DNA of 64,000 nt from Syntrophales bacterium. Its GTDB lineage: Bacteria > Desulfobacterota > Syntrophia > Syntrophales > PHBD01. The notes under the pieces are model-generated. The model did no database searches. It saw nothing but the letters and a program-made list of their open reading frames with translations, and was not told where the DNA came from. A program made the translations under genes and the position numbers. Each line of letters starts with the position of its first letter. Position 1 is the stretch's first letter. The stretch lies in the NCBI GenBank assembly GCA_963668175.1, contig OY764159.1, forward strand, positions 1,248,001 through 1,312,000, read 5' to 3'. Below are positions 1-8,994 of the stretch, piece after piece.

Positions 1-608
1 AAATCCCTGCCGATGACCAGGGGATCGAACTGGGCGATGTCGTCGGGGGCGATCGTTCCGGCGAAACGGGGGTCCCAGGGCGTATAGAGGGCCGGGATCT
101 GGTCGAAGGACTCCTTGAAATGCTCGGCGAAGTCGTCCATAATCTTTTCCGACAGGGAGCAGAGGAGGAGCCTGCCGTCCGTAGGCGACCAACAGGCCTC
201 GAAGAAAGAAGGCACCGGGGAAGCGGAACTTAAGAGGTCGCGGCGGATGCGCTCGCGTATCTCTTCCCTCTGGAGGCGGTGGATTTTTTTCTTCTCCTGG
301 CTGGCCAGGTAGTTCCTCTCGGCCTCCATGCACCTTATTTTCAGGAGACTGGGCGGAATGACTTTCCTGTCGATCCGCAGGCTGAACAGGAGATATTTTC
401 CCCAGGCGTAACGGGCGAACTGGAAATCCGCATCCAGGATGTTCTCGATGCCGGTCCAGCCCATGGCCTTTTCCTCCATCATGCTGGCAAAGACATTCTG
501 GAAGGCGTGCTTCTTGATCCGCTGGTCGAAAAATTCATTAAATTTTTCGGGCAGGTCGGAAGACGTGCGGTATTGTGAAAATGTCAGCGTGCCTTTCAAT
601 AAACCCAT
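1..608 (-). CDS. RdgC-like recombination-associated protein (3' end runs off the window)
   Basis: Manually translated open frame from ATG at 608 (MGLLKGTLTFSQYR...GWTGIENILD...FSLRIDRKVIPP...EEIRERIRRDLL) with upstream GAGGAGGG RBS. Resembles deltaproteobacterial RdgC-family N-termini. Absent from the ORF track because it has no stop in the window. Confidence 0.65.
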   Translation of the reverse strand, partial: MGLLKGTLTFSQYRTSSDLPEKFNEFFDQRIKKHAFQNVFASMMEEKAMGWTGIENILDADFQFARYAWGKYLLFSLRIDRKVIPPSLLKIRCMEAERNYLASQEKKKIHRLQREEIRERIRRDLLSSASPVPSFFEACWSPTDGRLLLCSLSEKIMDDFAEHFKESFDQIPALYTPWDPRFAGTIAPDDIAQFDPLVIGRD

Positions 609-638
609 GGATGGTACCCTCCTCGGAATGAGGGAGCG

Positions 639-668
639 ACCTTAGCGCATCTCCATGAAAATTGTCAA
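639..668 (-). promoter_or_regulatory. putative sigma70 promoter for the rdgC-like gene
   Basis: Minus strand TTGACA-N18-TAAGGT upstream of the start at 608. Confidence 0.4.
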
Positions 669-767
669 GCCGTCACCCTTCCGCAAGGTATTCATCACGA
701 TTTCCTTCATAGACACCCCCTCGTTTTTATGGTAGAAACGCGCGATTGTATTTCGGAGTCAGGCGGG

Positions 768-1646
768 ATGATAAAAAAAATCGGGATAGTGGCCAACATC
801 GACAAGGAAAAAGCCCTGGAACTGACCTTGCGCCTCAAACAATGGGCGGAGGGGAAGGGCGTCGACGTCTATCTGGAGGCGAAGATCGCCGGCCGGCTCG
901 GAGAAACGGAAGGGCTGGACAGAAAGACGCTGGCAGGGCTCGTCGATCTGCTCGTCGTCCTGGGCGGCGACGGAACGATGCTGCGCACCGCCAGGGCGGT
1001 AAGGGAGACGGATGTCCCGATCGTCGGCATCAACCTGGGGGGGTTCGGGTACCTCACGGAGGTCAACGTGAACGAGGTGGACGAGGCCCTGGAAATGATC
1101 ATGGCGGGCCGTTACGAGACGGAAAAGCGGATGATGCTGGATGTTGCGATTACCCGCAACGACGGCGGCCAATCGCGTGAGCGCACGGTCCTCAACGACG
1201 TCGTTATCAACCGCGGCAATCTTTCGCGGATCGTCGAGCTGGAGACTTTCGTCGACGGACATTATCTGGCCACCTTCAAGGCGGACGGGCTCATTCTCTC
1301 CACGCCGACCGGTTCCACGGCCTATTCCTTGTCGGCGGGAGGACCGATCGTCTTTCCCCAACAGGATTCGATCATCATCAATCCCATCTGTCCCCATACG
1401 CTGACAAACCGGCCGATCATCCTGCCGGAGAACGCCGAGGTCAAGATCGTCCTCTGGACGAAGGAGATGGGGGCCACGGTCAACATGGACGGCCAGGCGT
1501 CGTTCATCCTGGCGTCCGGCGATACCGTCATCGTCAGGAAGTCGAGGTACATCACCACACTTGTCTCATCGCCCCACCGGGACTACATGGAGATCCTGAG
1601 GACCAAACTGGGTTGGGGCGGTTTTCCCACCGGAAACGGGCAATAG
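768..1646 (+). CDS. nadK: NAD(+) kinase
   Basis: LGGDGTML, GINLGGFGYL, LNDVVI, ADGLILSTPTGSTAYSLSAGGP motifs; upstream of recN as usual; start chosen at ATG 768. Confidence 0.95.
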   Translation: MIKKIGIVANIDKEKALELTLRLKQWAEGKGVDVYLEAKIAGRLGETEGLDRKTLAGLVDLLVVLGGDGTMLRTARAVRETDVPIVGINLGGFGYLTEVNVNEVDEALEMIMAGRYETEKRMMLDVAITRNDGGQSRERTVLNDVVINRGNLSRIVELETFVDGHYLATFKADGLILSTPTGSTAYSLSAGGPIVFPQQDSIIINPICPHTLTNRPIILPENAEVKIVLWTKEMGATVNMDGQASFILASGDTVIVRKSRYITTLVSSPHRDYMEILRTKLGWGGFPTGNGQ

Positions 1647-1682
1647 ACCGCGGGCTTTTATCCCCATGCCGGAGGAGGCCGG

Positions 1683-3368
1683 GTGCTTACTGATCTCTAT
1701 ATAAAGAATTTCGCCATTATCGATGAACTGACCGTTTCCTTTAAGGAAGGCTTGAACGTCCTTTCCGGCGAGACGGGTGCGGGGAAATCGATCATCATCG
1801 GGGCCGTCAGCCTTATCCTGGGGGATCGGGCATCAAGCGACATGATCCGGTCCGACGAGGACAGCGCTACGGTGGAGGCGCTCTTCGACATCGGCGGTAA
1901 TGACGGCCTGAAGGATATGCTCGCCGGTATGGGGGGATTTACGGGCGACGATCTGGTCGTCAAGCGGGTCGTTTCCCGCGGCGGCAAGAACAGGGTCTAT
2001 ATCAACGGCAGCATCGCCAACCTGGGTGCCCTGGCGGCGATCGGCGGGCCTTTGATCAATATCTGTAGCCAGCACGAGCATCAACTCATCCTCGATCAGG
2101 AATACCATATCGATATCCTTGATGAATTCGGCGGATTGCTCCCCTTGCGACGCGAGTATGAGGCGCTCTATAACGAGGTCCGGGCGCTTGAGGCAAGAAG
2201 AGACAAACTGGAAACCATGAGCCGTACAAAATCCGAGCGCGAGGAGCTTCTGCTGTTCCAGGTCCGGGAAATCGAGGCGGCCTCGCTCGCCGCGGGTGAA
2301 GAGGAGGCCCTGGCCGACGAGAAGAAGGTTCTCGGCAACGTCCAGAAACTCATGGACCATGCGGGACGGGCCTATGAAACGCTATACGGGAAGGAAGGGG
2401 CGGCCCTGCAAGAACTGAAGGACGTCCTTGCCCATATCCGGGAGATCAAAAAGATCGACGAGGGGCTGACCGTAGGAGAAAAAGACGTGGAAGGCCTCTA
2501 TTTTCAACTGGAAGACGTGGCCATGGTCCTCCGGGATTATGCGAACCGTCTATTCTTCGACCCGGACCGGCTTGAGGCCATCGGGGCGAGGCAGGACCTC
2601 ATCGGCAGGCTGAAAAGGAAATACGGGCCGGATATCCCGGCCATCCTGGAGAAGAAAAGGGAACTGGACCGGGAATTGAACGGTATCGCCGACGCCGGGG
2701 AAGAGCTTAAGTCCGTCGCCGGCGAACTGGAAGACCGGATGCAGAAGCTGCGGGAGGCTGCAGCCGTTCTTTCCGGCAAGAGGCAGAAGGCGGCCAAGGC
2801 GCTTGCCGCCGCGATCGAGAAAGAGATCCACGTCCTGCGGATGGGGGATGCCCGCTTCGCCGTTGTCTTCGGCCGGGCGGAAGACGGCGGGGAGATGCCC
2901 TTCCATGCTAAGGGGACAGATCAGGTGGCGTTCTATCTCTCGACGAACGTCGGGGAGAACCTGAAACCACTCAACCGGATCGCCTCAGGCGGCGAACTCT
3001 CCCGGATCGTGCTTGCCATGAAGAAAGTCCTGGCCGGCGTCGGCGCCGTGGGGACGATTATCTTCGATGAGGTGGACAGCGGTATCGGCGGTGCGACGGC
3101 CCAGGTCGTCGGCGAAAAGATCAGGGACGTGGCGGCCCATCACCAGGTCCTGTGCATCACGCACCTGCCGCAGATCGCCTCCTTTGCCGACAGGCACTAC
3201 CGTGTCTCGAAGGAGGTGTCGGGCAACAGGACGACCACATCGGTGGCCGTATTGAACGAAGAAGAACGGCTGGAAGAGATCGCCAGGATGCTGGGCGGCG
3301 TAGAGGTCACGGAAACAACCCGGAAGCACGCCCGCGAAATGCTGGCCCGGTCCCGGCGAAAAGGATAA
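1683..3368 (+). CDS. recN: DNA repair protein RecN
   Basis: Walker A GETGAGKS, coiled coil, ASGGELSR signature, IFDEVDSGIGG, CITHLPQIA. Confidence 0.97.
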   Translation: MLTDLYIKNFAIIDELTVSFKEGLNVLSGETGAGKSIIIGAVSLILGDRASSDMIRSDEDSATVEALFDIGGNDGLKDMLAGMGGFTGDDLVVKRVVSRGGKNRVYINGSIANLGALAAIGGPLINICSQHEHQLILDQEYHIDILDEFGGLLPLRREYEALYNEVRALEARRDKLETMSRTKSEREELLLFQVREIEAASLAAGEEEALADEKKVLGNVQKLMDHAGRAYETLYGKEGAALQELKDVLAHIREIKKIDEGLTVGEKDVEGLYFQLEDVAMVLRDYANRLFFDPDRLEAIGARQDLIGRLKRKYGPDIPAILEKKRELDRELNGIADAGEELKSVAGELEDRMQKLREAAAVLSGKRQKAAKALAAAIEKEIHVLRMGDARFAVVFGRAEDGGEMPFHAKGTDQVAFYLSTNVGENLKPLNRIASGGELSRIVLAMKKVLAGVGAVGTIIFDEVDSGIGGATAQVVGEKIRDVAAHHQVLCITHLPQIASFADRHYRVSKEVSGNRTTTSVAVLNEEERLEEIARMLGGVEVTETTRKHAREMLARSRRKG

Positions 3369-3423
3369 GCATTCTGAATTCCAGCCGCGTGCTGAAGATA
3401 ATAGAAGACGGGGAGGGTGAAAC

Positions 3424-3882
3424 ATGCTGCGTAAGGCCCGGATCGGGGACGTGAAGACGATCCACAGGATGATCAACATTTCGGCAGGGAAGGGTGAGAT
3501 GCTGCCCCGCTCCCTGATGGATATCTACGGCAGCCTGCGGGATTTCTTCATTTATTACGATGACGACGAAGAGCAGATTATCGGCGTTTGCGCCATGAAT
3601 ATCATCTGGGAGAATCTGGCCGAGGTCCGGTCGCTTTATGTCGTGGACGAGAGGCGCCGCAGCGGCGTCGGCAGAAATCTCGTCGAGGCGTGCATCTCCG
3701 AGGCGATCACCCTCGAGCTCTTCCGCATATTCACGCTGACCTATAAGGACAAATTCTTCGAACGCCTGGGATTCAAGGCCGTGGACCGTTCCGTCCTTTC
3801 GGAGAAGATCTGGTCGGACTGTTTCCGCTGCTCCAAGTATCCGGACTACTGCGACGAAGTGGCGATGATCATCGAGCTCTGA
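3424..3882 (+). CDS. GNAT N-acetyltransferase, short ArgA-like (N-acetylglutamate synthase)
   Basis: MLRKARIGDV...MLPRS...LAEVRSLYV...RRSGVG...FFERLGF...KIWSDC. Confidence 0.8.
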   Translation: MLRKARIGDVKTIHRMINISAGKGEMLPRSLMDIYGSLRDFFIYYDDDEEQIIGVCAMNIIWENLAEVRSLYVVDERRRSGVGRNLVEACISEAITLELFRIFTLTYKDKFFERLGFKAVDRSVLSEKIWSDCFRCSKYPDYCDEVAMIIEL

Positions 3883-3889
3883 CAACCCT

Positions 3890-5041
3890 ATGAAAGCCCT
3901 ATTCCTGATTGCCGCCCTTCTCTTCCTTTCCCTGGCCGGATGCGCCGTGAGGGACGTTCAGCCGGTCAAAGGGCCGGAGGCGGGGGCGCTCGTGCAACTG
4001 TCCGGCGGGGACATTCCCGTGCTTGCCGACGACCTGGACGCCGAGTCCCTCGATACCGCCATCGCCCGGAGTCTGGAATACCTGGATAAGCGGAAAGCCG
4101 CGGGCTTCAGCGCAGGCGATTGCGACTATACGGCGGCGGATGTCCGTGAGGGCCTCCTCGGCTTCCGGGAGATCGTCCGCACATCCGCCACGGCCGAAGA
4201 CAGGATCAAGAGGATACGCGACGGTTTTGACGTCTATAAGGCCTCAGGCTCGGACGGAAAGGGGGCGGTCCTTTTCACCGGTTATTACGAACCGGTTCTG
4301 AACGGCTCCCTGGAGGCGACGGACCGGTATCGGTATCCCATCTACCGGGCTCCTACAGATCTGCCGGCGAACGGAACGGCGGCGCCCTATATCAGCCGCC
4401 GGGAAATAGACGGCGGTCAGGCCCTGGCCGGCCGGGGCCTGGAAATCGCCTGGGTGGACGATCCCGTGGCCCTTTTCTCCCTTCACATCCAGGGTTCGGG
4501 GAGGATCAGACTTCCCGACGGCAGGATGCTGCAGGTGAGTTTTGCCCGTTCCAACAACCGTCCCTTCCGCGGCATCGGCAGATATATGGTTGAGAAAGGC
4601 ATCATTACGCCGCAGGATTTGTCCGACCGGTCGATCAGGAAATATCTCCGGGAGCATCCCGACGAGCAGGCCGACATCTTTTTTTACAACGAGCGTTATA
4701 TCTTTTTTCGCATCGTCGGCAACGGTCCCGTAGGCGCCCTCGGCGTGACCGTCACCGGCGGGCGGACGATCGCCGTCGATCCCGTGATCTACCCGCAGGC
4801 GGGGCTCGCGTTTATACGGCTGCGGAAGCCCGTCTTGAACAAGGAAAACGGGCGAAACGACTGGGTCCCGTTCTCGAGATTCGTTCTGGCCCAGGATGTC
4901 GGGGCGGCCATCAAGGGGCCGGGCCGGATCGATCTTTTCTGCGGAGGCGGCGACGAAGCGGAACTGGTCGCCGGAAGCCTCAAGGAGAAGGGCGAGCTCT
5001 ATTTCCTCGTGAAGAAGAAAGCCGGCTGCGGGCCGCAATAG
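3890..5041 (+). CDS. mltA: MltA-family membrane-bound lytic murein transglycosylase (lipoprotein)
   Basis: Lipobox LAGC; FTGYYEP, IQGSG, IAVDP, AQDVGAAIKGPGRIDLF (3D domain). Confidence 0.92.
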   Translation: MKALFLIAALLFLSLAGCAVRDVQPVKGPEAGALVQLSGGDIPVLADDLDAESLDTAIARSLEYLDKRKAAGFSAGDCDYTAADVREGLLGFREIVRTSATAEDRIKRIRDGFDVYKASGSDGKGAVLFTGYYEPVLNGSLEATDRYRYPIYRAPTDLPANGTAAPYISRREIDGGQALAGRGLEIAWVDDPVALFSLHIQGSGRIRLPDGRMLQVSFARSNNRPFRGIGRYMVEKGIITPQDLSDRSIRKYLREHPDEQADIFFYNERYIFFRIVGNGPVGALGVTVTGGRTIAVDPVIYPQAGLAFIRLRKPVLNKENGRNDWVPFSRFVLAQDVGAAIKGPGRIDLFCGGGDEAELVAGSLKEKGELYFLVKKKAGCGPQ

Positions 5042-5139
5042 GAGGCTTGCGGGCCTTGACATTGACTGCCGCATAAAAGATAATAAAACAGCGTCATGGT
5101 AATGCTTTCGAAAAGCCGTAGCAACTTCGGGAGGTGCAT

Positions 5140-5865
5140 ATGAAACGAACCCTTGTTGCCCTGATCTTCTTCACGGTATGGATGTCCCCTCATCTCTCTT
5201 CCGCGGATATGCTTGACGATCTCTTCAATACGGTCACAAAGAGCCCCGCGCAGAGTTCCCTCGACGATAAGACGGTGGTCTCCGGCCTTAAGGAAGCGCT
5301 CTCCACGGGAACGAACGCAGCCGTCCGGCTGGTATCGCGGGAGAACGGATACTTCGGCAACGAAACGATCAAAATTCTTCTCCCCGAGAAGATACAGACA
5401 ATCGGGGAAGTCCTCCGGAAGGCCGGGTTCGGCAAGGACGTGGACGCCTTTGAGCTGGCCATGAACCGGGCGGCGGAAAAGGCGGCGCCCAAGGCGAAGC
5501 CCGTTTTTCTGGACGCCATCAAGGGAATGACTTTTCAGGATGCCAAGAAGATCCTGAGCGGCGGCGATACGGCGGCCACGGACTATTTCCAGGAAAAGAC
5601 CTCCGATCGTCTCGCTACGGCATTCAAACCGGTCATCTCCCAGAGCATGAACGACGTCGGCGCCGCCCGGGCCTATAAGGCGATGACGGAAAAGTACGTC
5701 TCCCTGATCCCCTTCGGAGGTGCGGAATCCCTGGACCTGGACCACTACGTGACCGGCAAGGCGCTGGACGGTCTTTTCCGCATGGTCGGTGAGGAGGAGA
5801 AGAAGATCAGGACCAATCCCGCCGCGAGGACAACGGAACTCCTTAAGAAAGTCTTCGGGAAATGA
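5140..5865 (+). CDS. DUF4197 family exported protein
   Basis: Signal peptide; GLKEAL, MNRAAEKA, YVTGKALDGLF...EEKKIRTNPAARTTELLKKVFG; GGAGG RBS before ATG 5140. Confidence 0.85.
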   Translation: MKRTLVALIFFTVWMSPHLSSADMLDDLFNTVTKSPAQSSLDDKTVVSGLKEALSTGTNAAVRLVSRENGYFGNETIKILLPEKIQTIGEVLRKAGFGKDVDAFELAMNRAAEKAAPKAKPVFLDAIKGMTFQDAKKILSGGDTAATDYFQEKTSDRLATAFKPVISQSMNDVGAARAYKAMTEKYVSLIPFGGAESLDLDHYVTGKALDGLFRMVGEEEKKIRTNPAARTTELLKKVFGK

Positions 5866-6105
5866 CCGGCACCGGCCATCTTCCCGTTTAGCCGATATAT
5901 TAAGAATGTTTAGAACGGACGGACATCAGACCCGGCGATAACCGCTGGAGCTTGCTTTCCAGACCTGTATGACGAGGAGTGGAGAAAAGACGGACGGATT
6001 TGCCGACCTGCTTTCAGCGGTCGGTTGCGGTTCGTATCGATTCAGTCGGGGACTTCCGGATAATGCCGGCGGTCCATCATACCAAACGCCTGGGAGGAGG
6101 AGAAG

Positions 6106-6684
6106 ATGATGAAAAAAACCGTTTCCGTGATGATCGTTCTATGGATGGTTTTCGCCGTGGCTTCCGCGCTGTATGCGGGACCTTCCGAGCAGCGCATCGA
6201 AAAGCAGATCCATGAGCTGCAGGCCCGGATCGACGAAGGGGTGCGGTCCGGCTCCTTGACGCCGGCGGAGAGGGGCAAACTGCAATCCCGCCTTGATAAG
6301 ATCAGAGACCATTTCGAGAAGGCACGGGCCAAGCGATACGGCCTCGGCGACGGCGAGGTAAAGACCATCGATGCCAAGCTCGATGCCCTGCGGAGGGACG
6401 TCTATAAGGAAAAACACGACGTGCAGACGACCCGTTCCAATGAGCAGATCAGGCACAGGATCGACGAACTGCAGAGACGGATCGAGGCGGGCAGCAGGGA
6501 CGGATCGCTTACCGGCTCCGAAGCGAGAAGCCTTCAGCATCGGCTGGATAACGTTCGCAACCAGTATGAACAGGCCCAGAGCGGGTCCATGAGCGACCAG
6601 AGAATAAAGTCCGTCGAACACAATCTCGACCGGATCAGCCAGGACATCAACAAGGAAAGGCACGACCGTCAGCGGGCCCGCTGA
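6106..6684 (+). CDS. exported helical protein with two tandem ~75-aa repeats
   Basis: Strong RBS GGAGGAGG, signal peptide, repeated RIxxGxRxGSLTxxE...LxxRLDxIR...KE(K/R)HD units. Confidence 0.75.
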   Translation: MMKKTVSVMIVLWMVFAVASALYAGPSEQRIEKQIHELQARIDEGVRSGSLTPAERGKLQSRLDKIRDHFEKARAKRYGLGDGEVKTIDAKLDALRRDVYKEKHDVQTTRSNEQIRHRIDELQRRIEAGSRDGSLTGSEARSLQHRLDNVRNQYEQAQSGSMSDQRIKSVEHNLDRISQDINKERHDRQRAR

Positions 6685-6737
6685 TCGGTAAAGGATGCCC
6701 GCAGGCCAAGCCCCGGCAAGGGCTCGACCGCCCGCGA

Positions 6738-8399
6738 TTACGAAGGCACCGGCATTGCGGCCGCCTTAAGGTCTTCCACATAGCGGGCGGCCGCCAGTGC
6801 TGCCTTGGCGCCGGCCCCGGCGGCCACGACGATCTGCTTCTCGGGTTCGTCCGTCACGTCGCCCGCGGCGAAGAAGCCGGGAACGACCGTCGACTGGTCC
6901 CTGTTGACGGGGATTTCCCGCTGGTCGTTCAGCGGCAGCAGGTCCTTAACGGGTGCGGTATTGGGTTCCAGTCCGATTTCCAGAAAGGCCCCGTCGATGG
7001 GCAGGTCCGTGAGCTTTCCGTCCTTCGACTCCAGGCGGATTCCCGTCAGCATCTCGTCCCCCAGGAATTCCTTGACGTAGGTCGACGGGTGCAGGCGTAC
7101 CTGCTTTGCGGCGCTTACGGCTTTCATCAGGACGGGGTCGGCCTGAAAGGTATCCAGGATATTGATGATGTGGATCTCCCTCGCATAATAGAGGAGGTCC
7201 CTCGCCGCCGTGAAGGCCGAATTGCCGCCGCCTACGACGGCAACGCGCTTGTCGACGTAAAGAGGGGCGTCGCAGGTCGCGCAGAAGGCGATCCCGCGGC
7301 CCTGGAATCTCTGCTCTCCCGGCACCCCGAGTCGCCGGTACTCCTTACCCGCGCAGTAGACGACGCTGCGGCTCCTGAAAAAGCGGTCGTTGGAAGTCTT
7401 GACCGCGAAGCCGTAAGGCTGCTGCGCAACGGCCAGGACCTTGACGTTCAAAAGCTCGGCCAGGGCGTAACGTTCGGCATGGTTGCGGAACTGGACGGTG
7501 ATGTCTTCGCCGCTGATGCTGGGGATGCCCAGCCAATTCTCGATGCTGGCCGTATCCGTGATCTGTCCCCCCATGTGATCGCCGATCATGGCGATGTCGA
7601 GCCCCTTCCTGATGCCGTAGATGGCCGCCGACATGGCGGCCGGTCCCGCGCCGACGATCAGGATGTCGTAGAGGCGGTCTTCGCCGACGTCCACGACCTG
7701 CCTTTCGCCGGCCTCTTTTCTCATCTCTTCGTCGATGCGGTTGTAGACATCGGGTTTGACGGCCTTCAGGATACCCAGAATGGCGTCCATGGGCGGCAGG
7801 GCCCCCTCGAAGGCGGGTGCTTCGTTGATGACCGTGCGGGGGACGCCGGAAACGCGATACCGCTGGACCAGTTGTGGAAACTCCGACGATTCCACCATAT
7901 CCGCCCGGATGTTGTCGTTGGCCATGGCCAGTTGGTGGGCGACGTGTACCATCTGGGGGCAGTAAGGGCAGGTGAGGGTGACCATGATTTCCAGGTGGAC
8001 CGGTACGTCGATGATCTTAAGCAGCGGCTCCGCCTCGGGGGGGAGGCCCGATGTTTCCCTGGAAACCATCGCAATGGCTTCAATGAGGGATGTGAATTCG
8101 TATCCCGCCGTGATGCCGTAGAATCGAATGCCGTAGTCCTTCTTTCCCAGGACGACGGTTCCCGGGACCTTGTCCACCCGATACTCTCGGGCAAGGGGCG
8201 CGTCATCGACCAGGTCCTTGACTTCAAGGGTGATCCTGTCGGACAGGGCCTTGACCTCCCTGAGGATGTCCTCTTGTTCGCCGCAGGGACGGCAGGCGTG
8301 TTTCTGGGTAAAGAGAATCAGGCTCACCGGCTGCTTCAGGTTCTTGAAGGCGGCAAGCAGCTGTTTTTTTGCCTTTTCGTCGATCATCTTTCTGGTCAC
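6738..8399 (-). CDS. AhpF-like thioredoxin reductase fused to an N-terminal protein disulfide oxidoreductase (two thioredoxin folds)
   Basis: CRPC and CPYC in the N-terminal part; GAGPAA FAD motif, CATCD, GGGNSA, AAGDVT; GTG start at 8399 after AAGGAGG. Confidence 0.88.
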   Translation of the reverse strand: MTRKMIDEKAKKQLLAAFKNLKQPVSLILFTQKHACRPCGEQEDILREVKALSDRITLEVKDLVDDAPLAREYRVDKVPGTVVLGKKDYGIRFYGITAGYEFTSLIEAIAMVSRETSGLPPEAEPLLKIIDVPVHLEIMVTLTCPYCPQMVHVAHQLAMANDNIRADMVESSEFPQLVQRYRVSGVPRTVINEAPAFEGALPPMDAILGILKAVKPDVYNRIDEEMRKEAGERQVVDVGEDRLYDILIVGAGPAAMSAAIYGIRKGLDIAMIGDHMGGQITDTASIENWLGIPSISGEDITVQFRNHAERYALAELLNVKVLAVAQQPYGFAVKTSNDRFFRSRSVVYCAGKEYRRLGVPGEQRFQGRGIAFCATCDAPLYVDKRVAVVGGGNSAFTAARDLLYYAREIHIINILDTFQADPVLMKAVSAAKQVRLHPSTYVKEFLGDEMLTGIRLESKDGKLTDLPIDGAFLEIGLEPNTAPVKDLLPLNDQREIPVNRDQSTVVPGFFAAGDVTDEPEKQIVVAAGAGAKAALAAARYVEDLKAAAMPVPS

Positions 8400-8572
8400 G
8401 ATTCCTCCTTGCCGCGTTGGGCCGGTCAACCGTTGGACTCCCTTTGCCGGCGGTTGTATGATTAACCGATCGTTCTCTTTATCGCCGATAATGGACTGCT
8501 TATTTTAACATGGCCGTTCGGCGCCGTCACGTTGAAGTTTAAAATTTCCTGGAACGGCAAGATGAAATGGGA

Positions 8573-8896
8573 TCAGGAGGAAAAGATAAGATTGCGGCAG
8601 TGGGGGCATCTTCCCCCCCTGATGGCGTTAGGGCCGGAGCCGTAGCTGAGGCGGTTTCCGCAATGCGGGCAGCGGACGCCCCGTTTCTTTTCATGTATCT
8701 TAAGAATGGCGAGAAACACGGCCAGTTCCAGGCCGGCGAGGGCGTAGACCGGCCAACCCCTGATGACGTCCCAAAGGCCGAAGGAATTGATGAGGACGAT
8801 CTGGATGAAGAATAAAACGATGAAGACCAGGGTGATCCTGTTGTGTCCCTTCTGGTATTCGGCGCATTGCAGCAGGAATTCGTCTCTTGTGGGCAT
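8573..8896 (-). CDS. small two-TM membrane protein with C-terminal CxxC...CxxC zinc ribbon
   Basis: 3' part of ORF 8573..9517, from MPTRDEFLLQ: two hydrophobic segments, then CPHC-x17-CPHC; fills the gap between neighbours. Confidence 0.6.
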   Translation of the reverse strand: MPTRDEFLLQCAEYQKGHNRITLVFIVLFFIQIVLINSFGLWDVIRGWPVYALAGLELAVFLAILKIHEKKRGVRCPHCGNRLSYGSGPNAIRGGRCPHCRNLIFSS

Positions 8897-8994
8897 CGGT
8901 CGTCGCTCCGTCATGGATTGGAAGGTGCCGCCGTTTTGTTTCGGAACGCTTTTAGCCAATTTCGATTCAAAAAGCAATAAAGAGAAGACCGGTG

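Noticed and set aside
6738..8399. Selenocysteine recoding in the redox genes
   Set aside because: All redox motifs use Cys codons, with no in-frame TGA in this or the Fe-S gene.
8479..8491. GCCGATAA as a sigma28 promoter
   Set aside because: There is no correctly spaced -35 and no downstream + strand gene; it is part of a short palindrome TTATCG-C-CGATAA of unknown significance.
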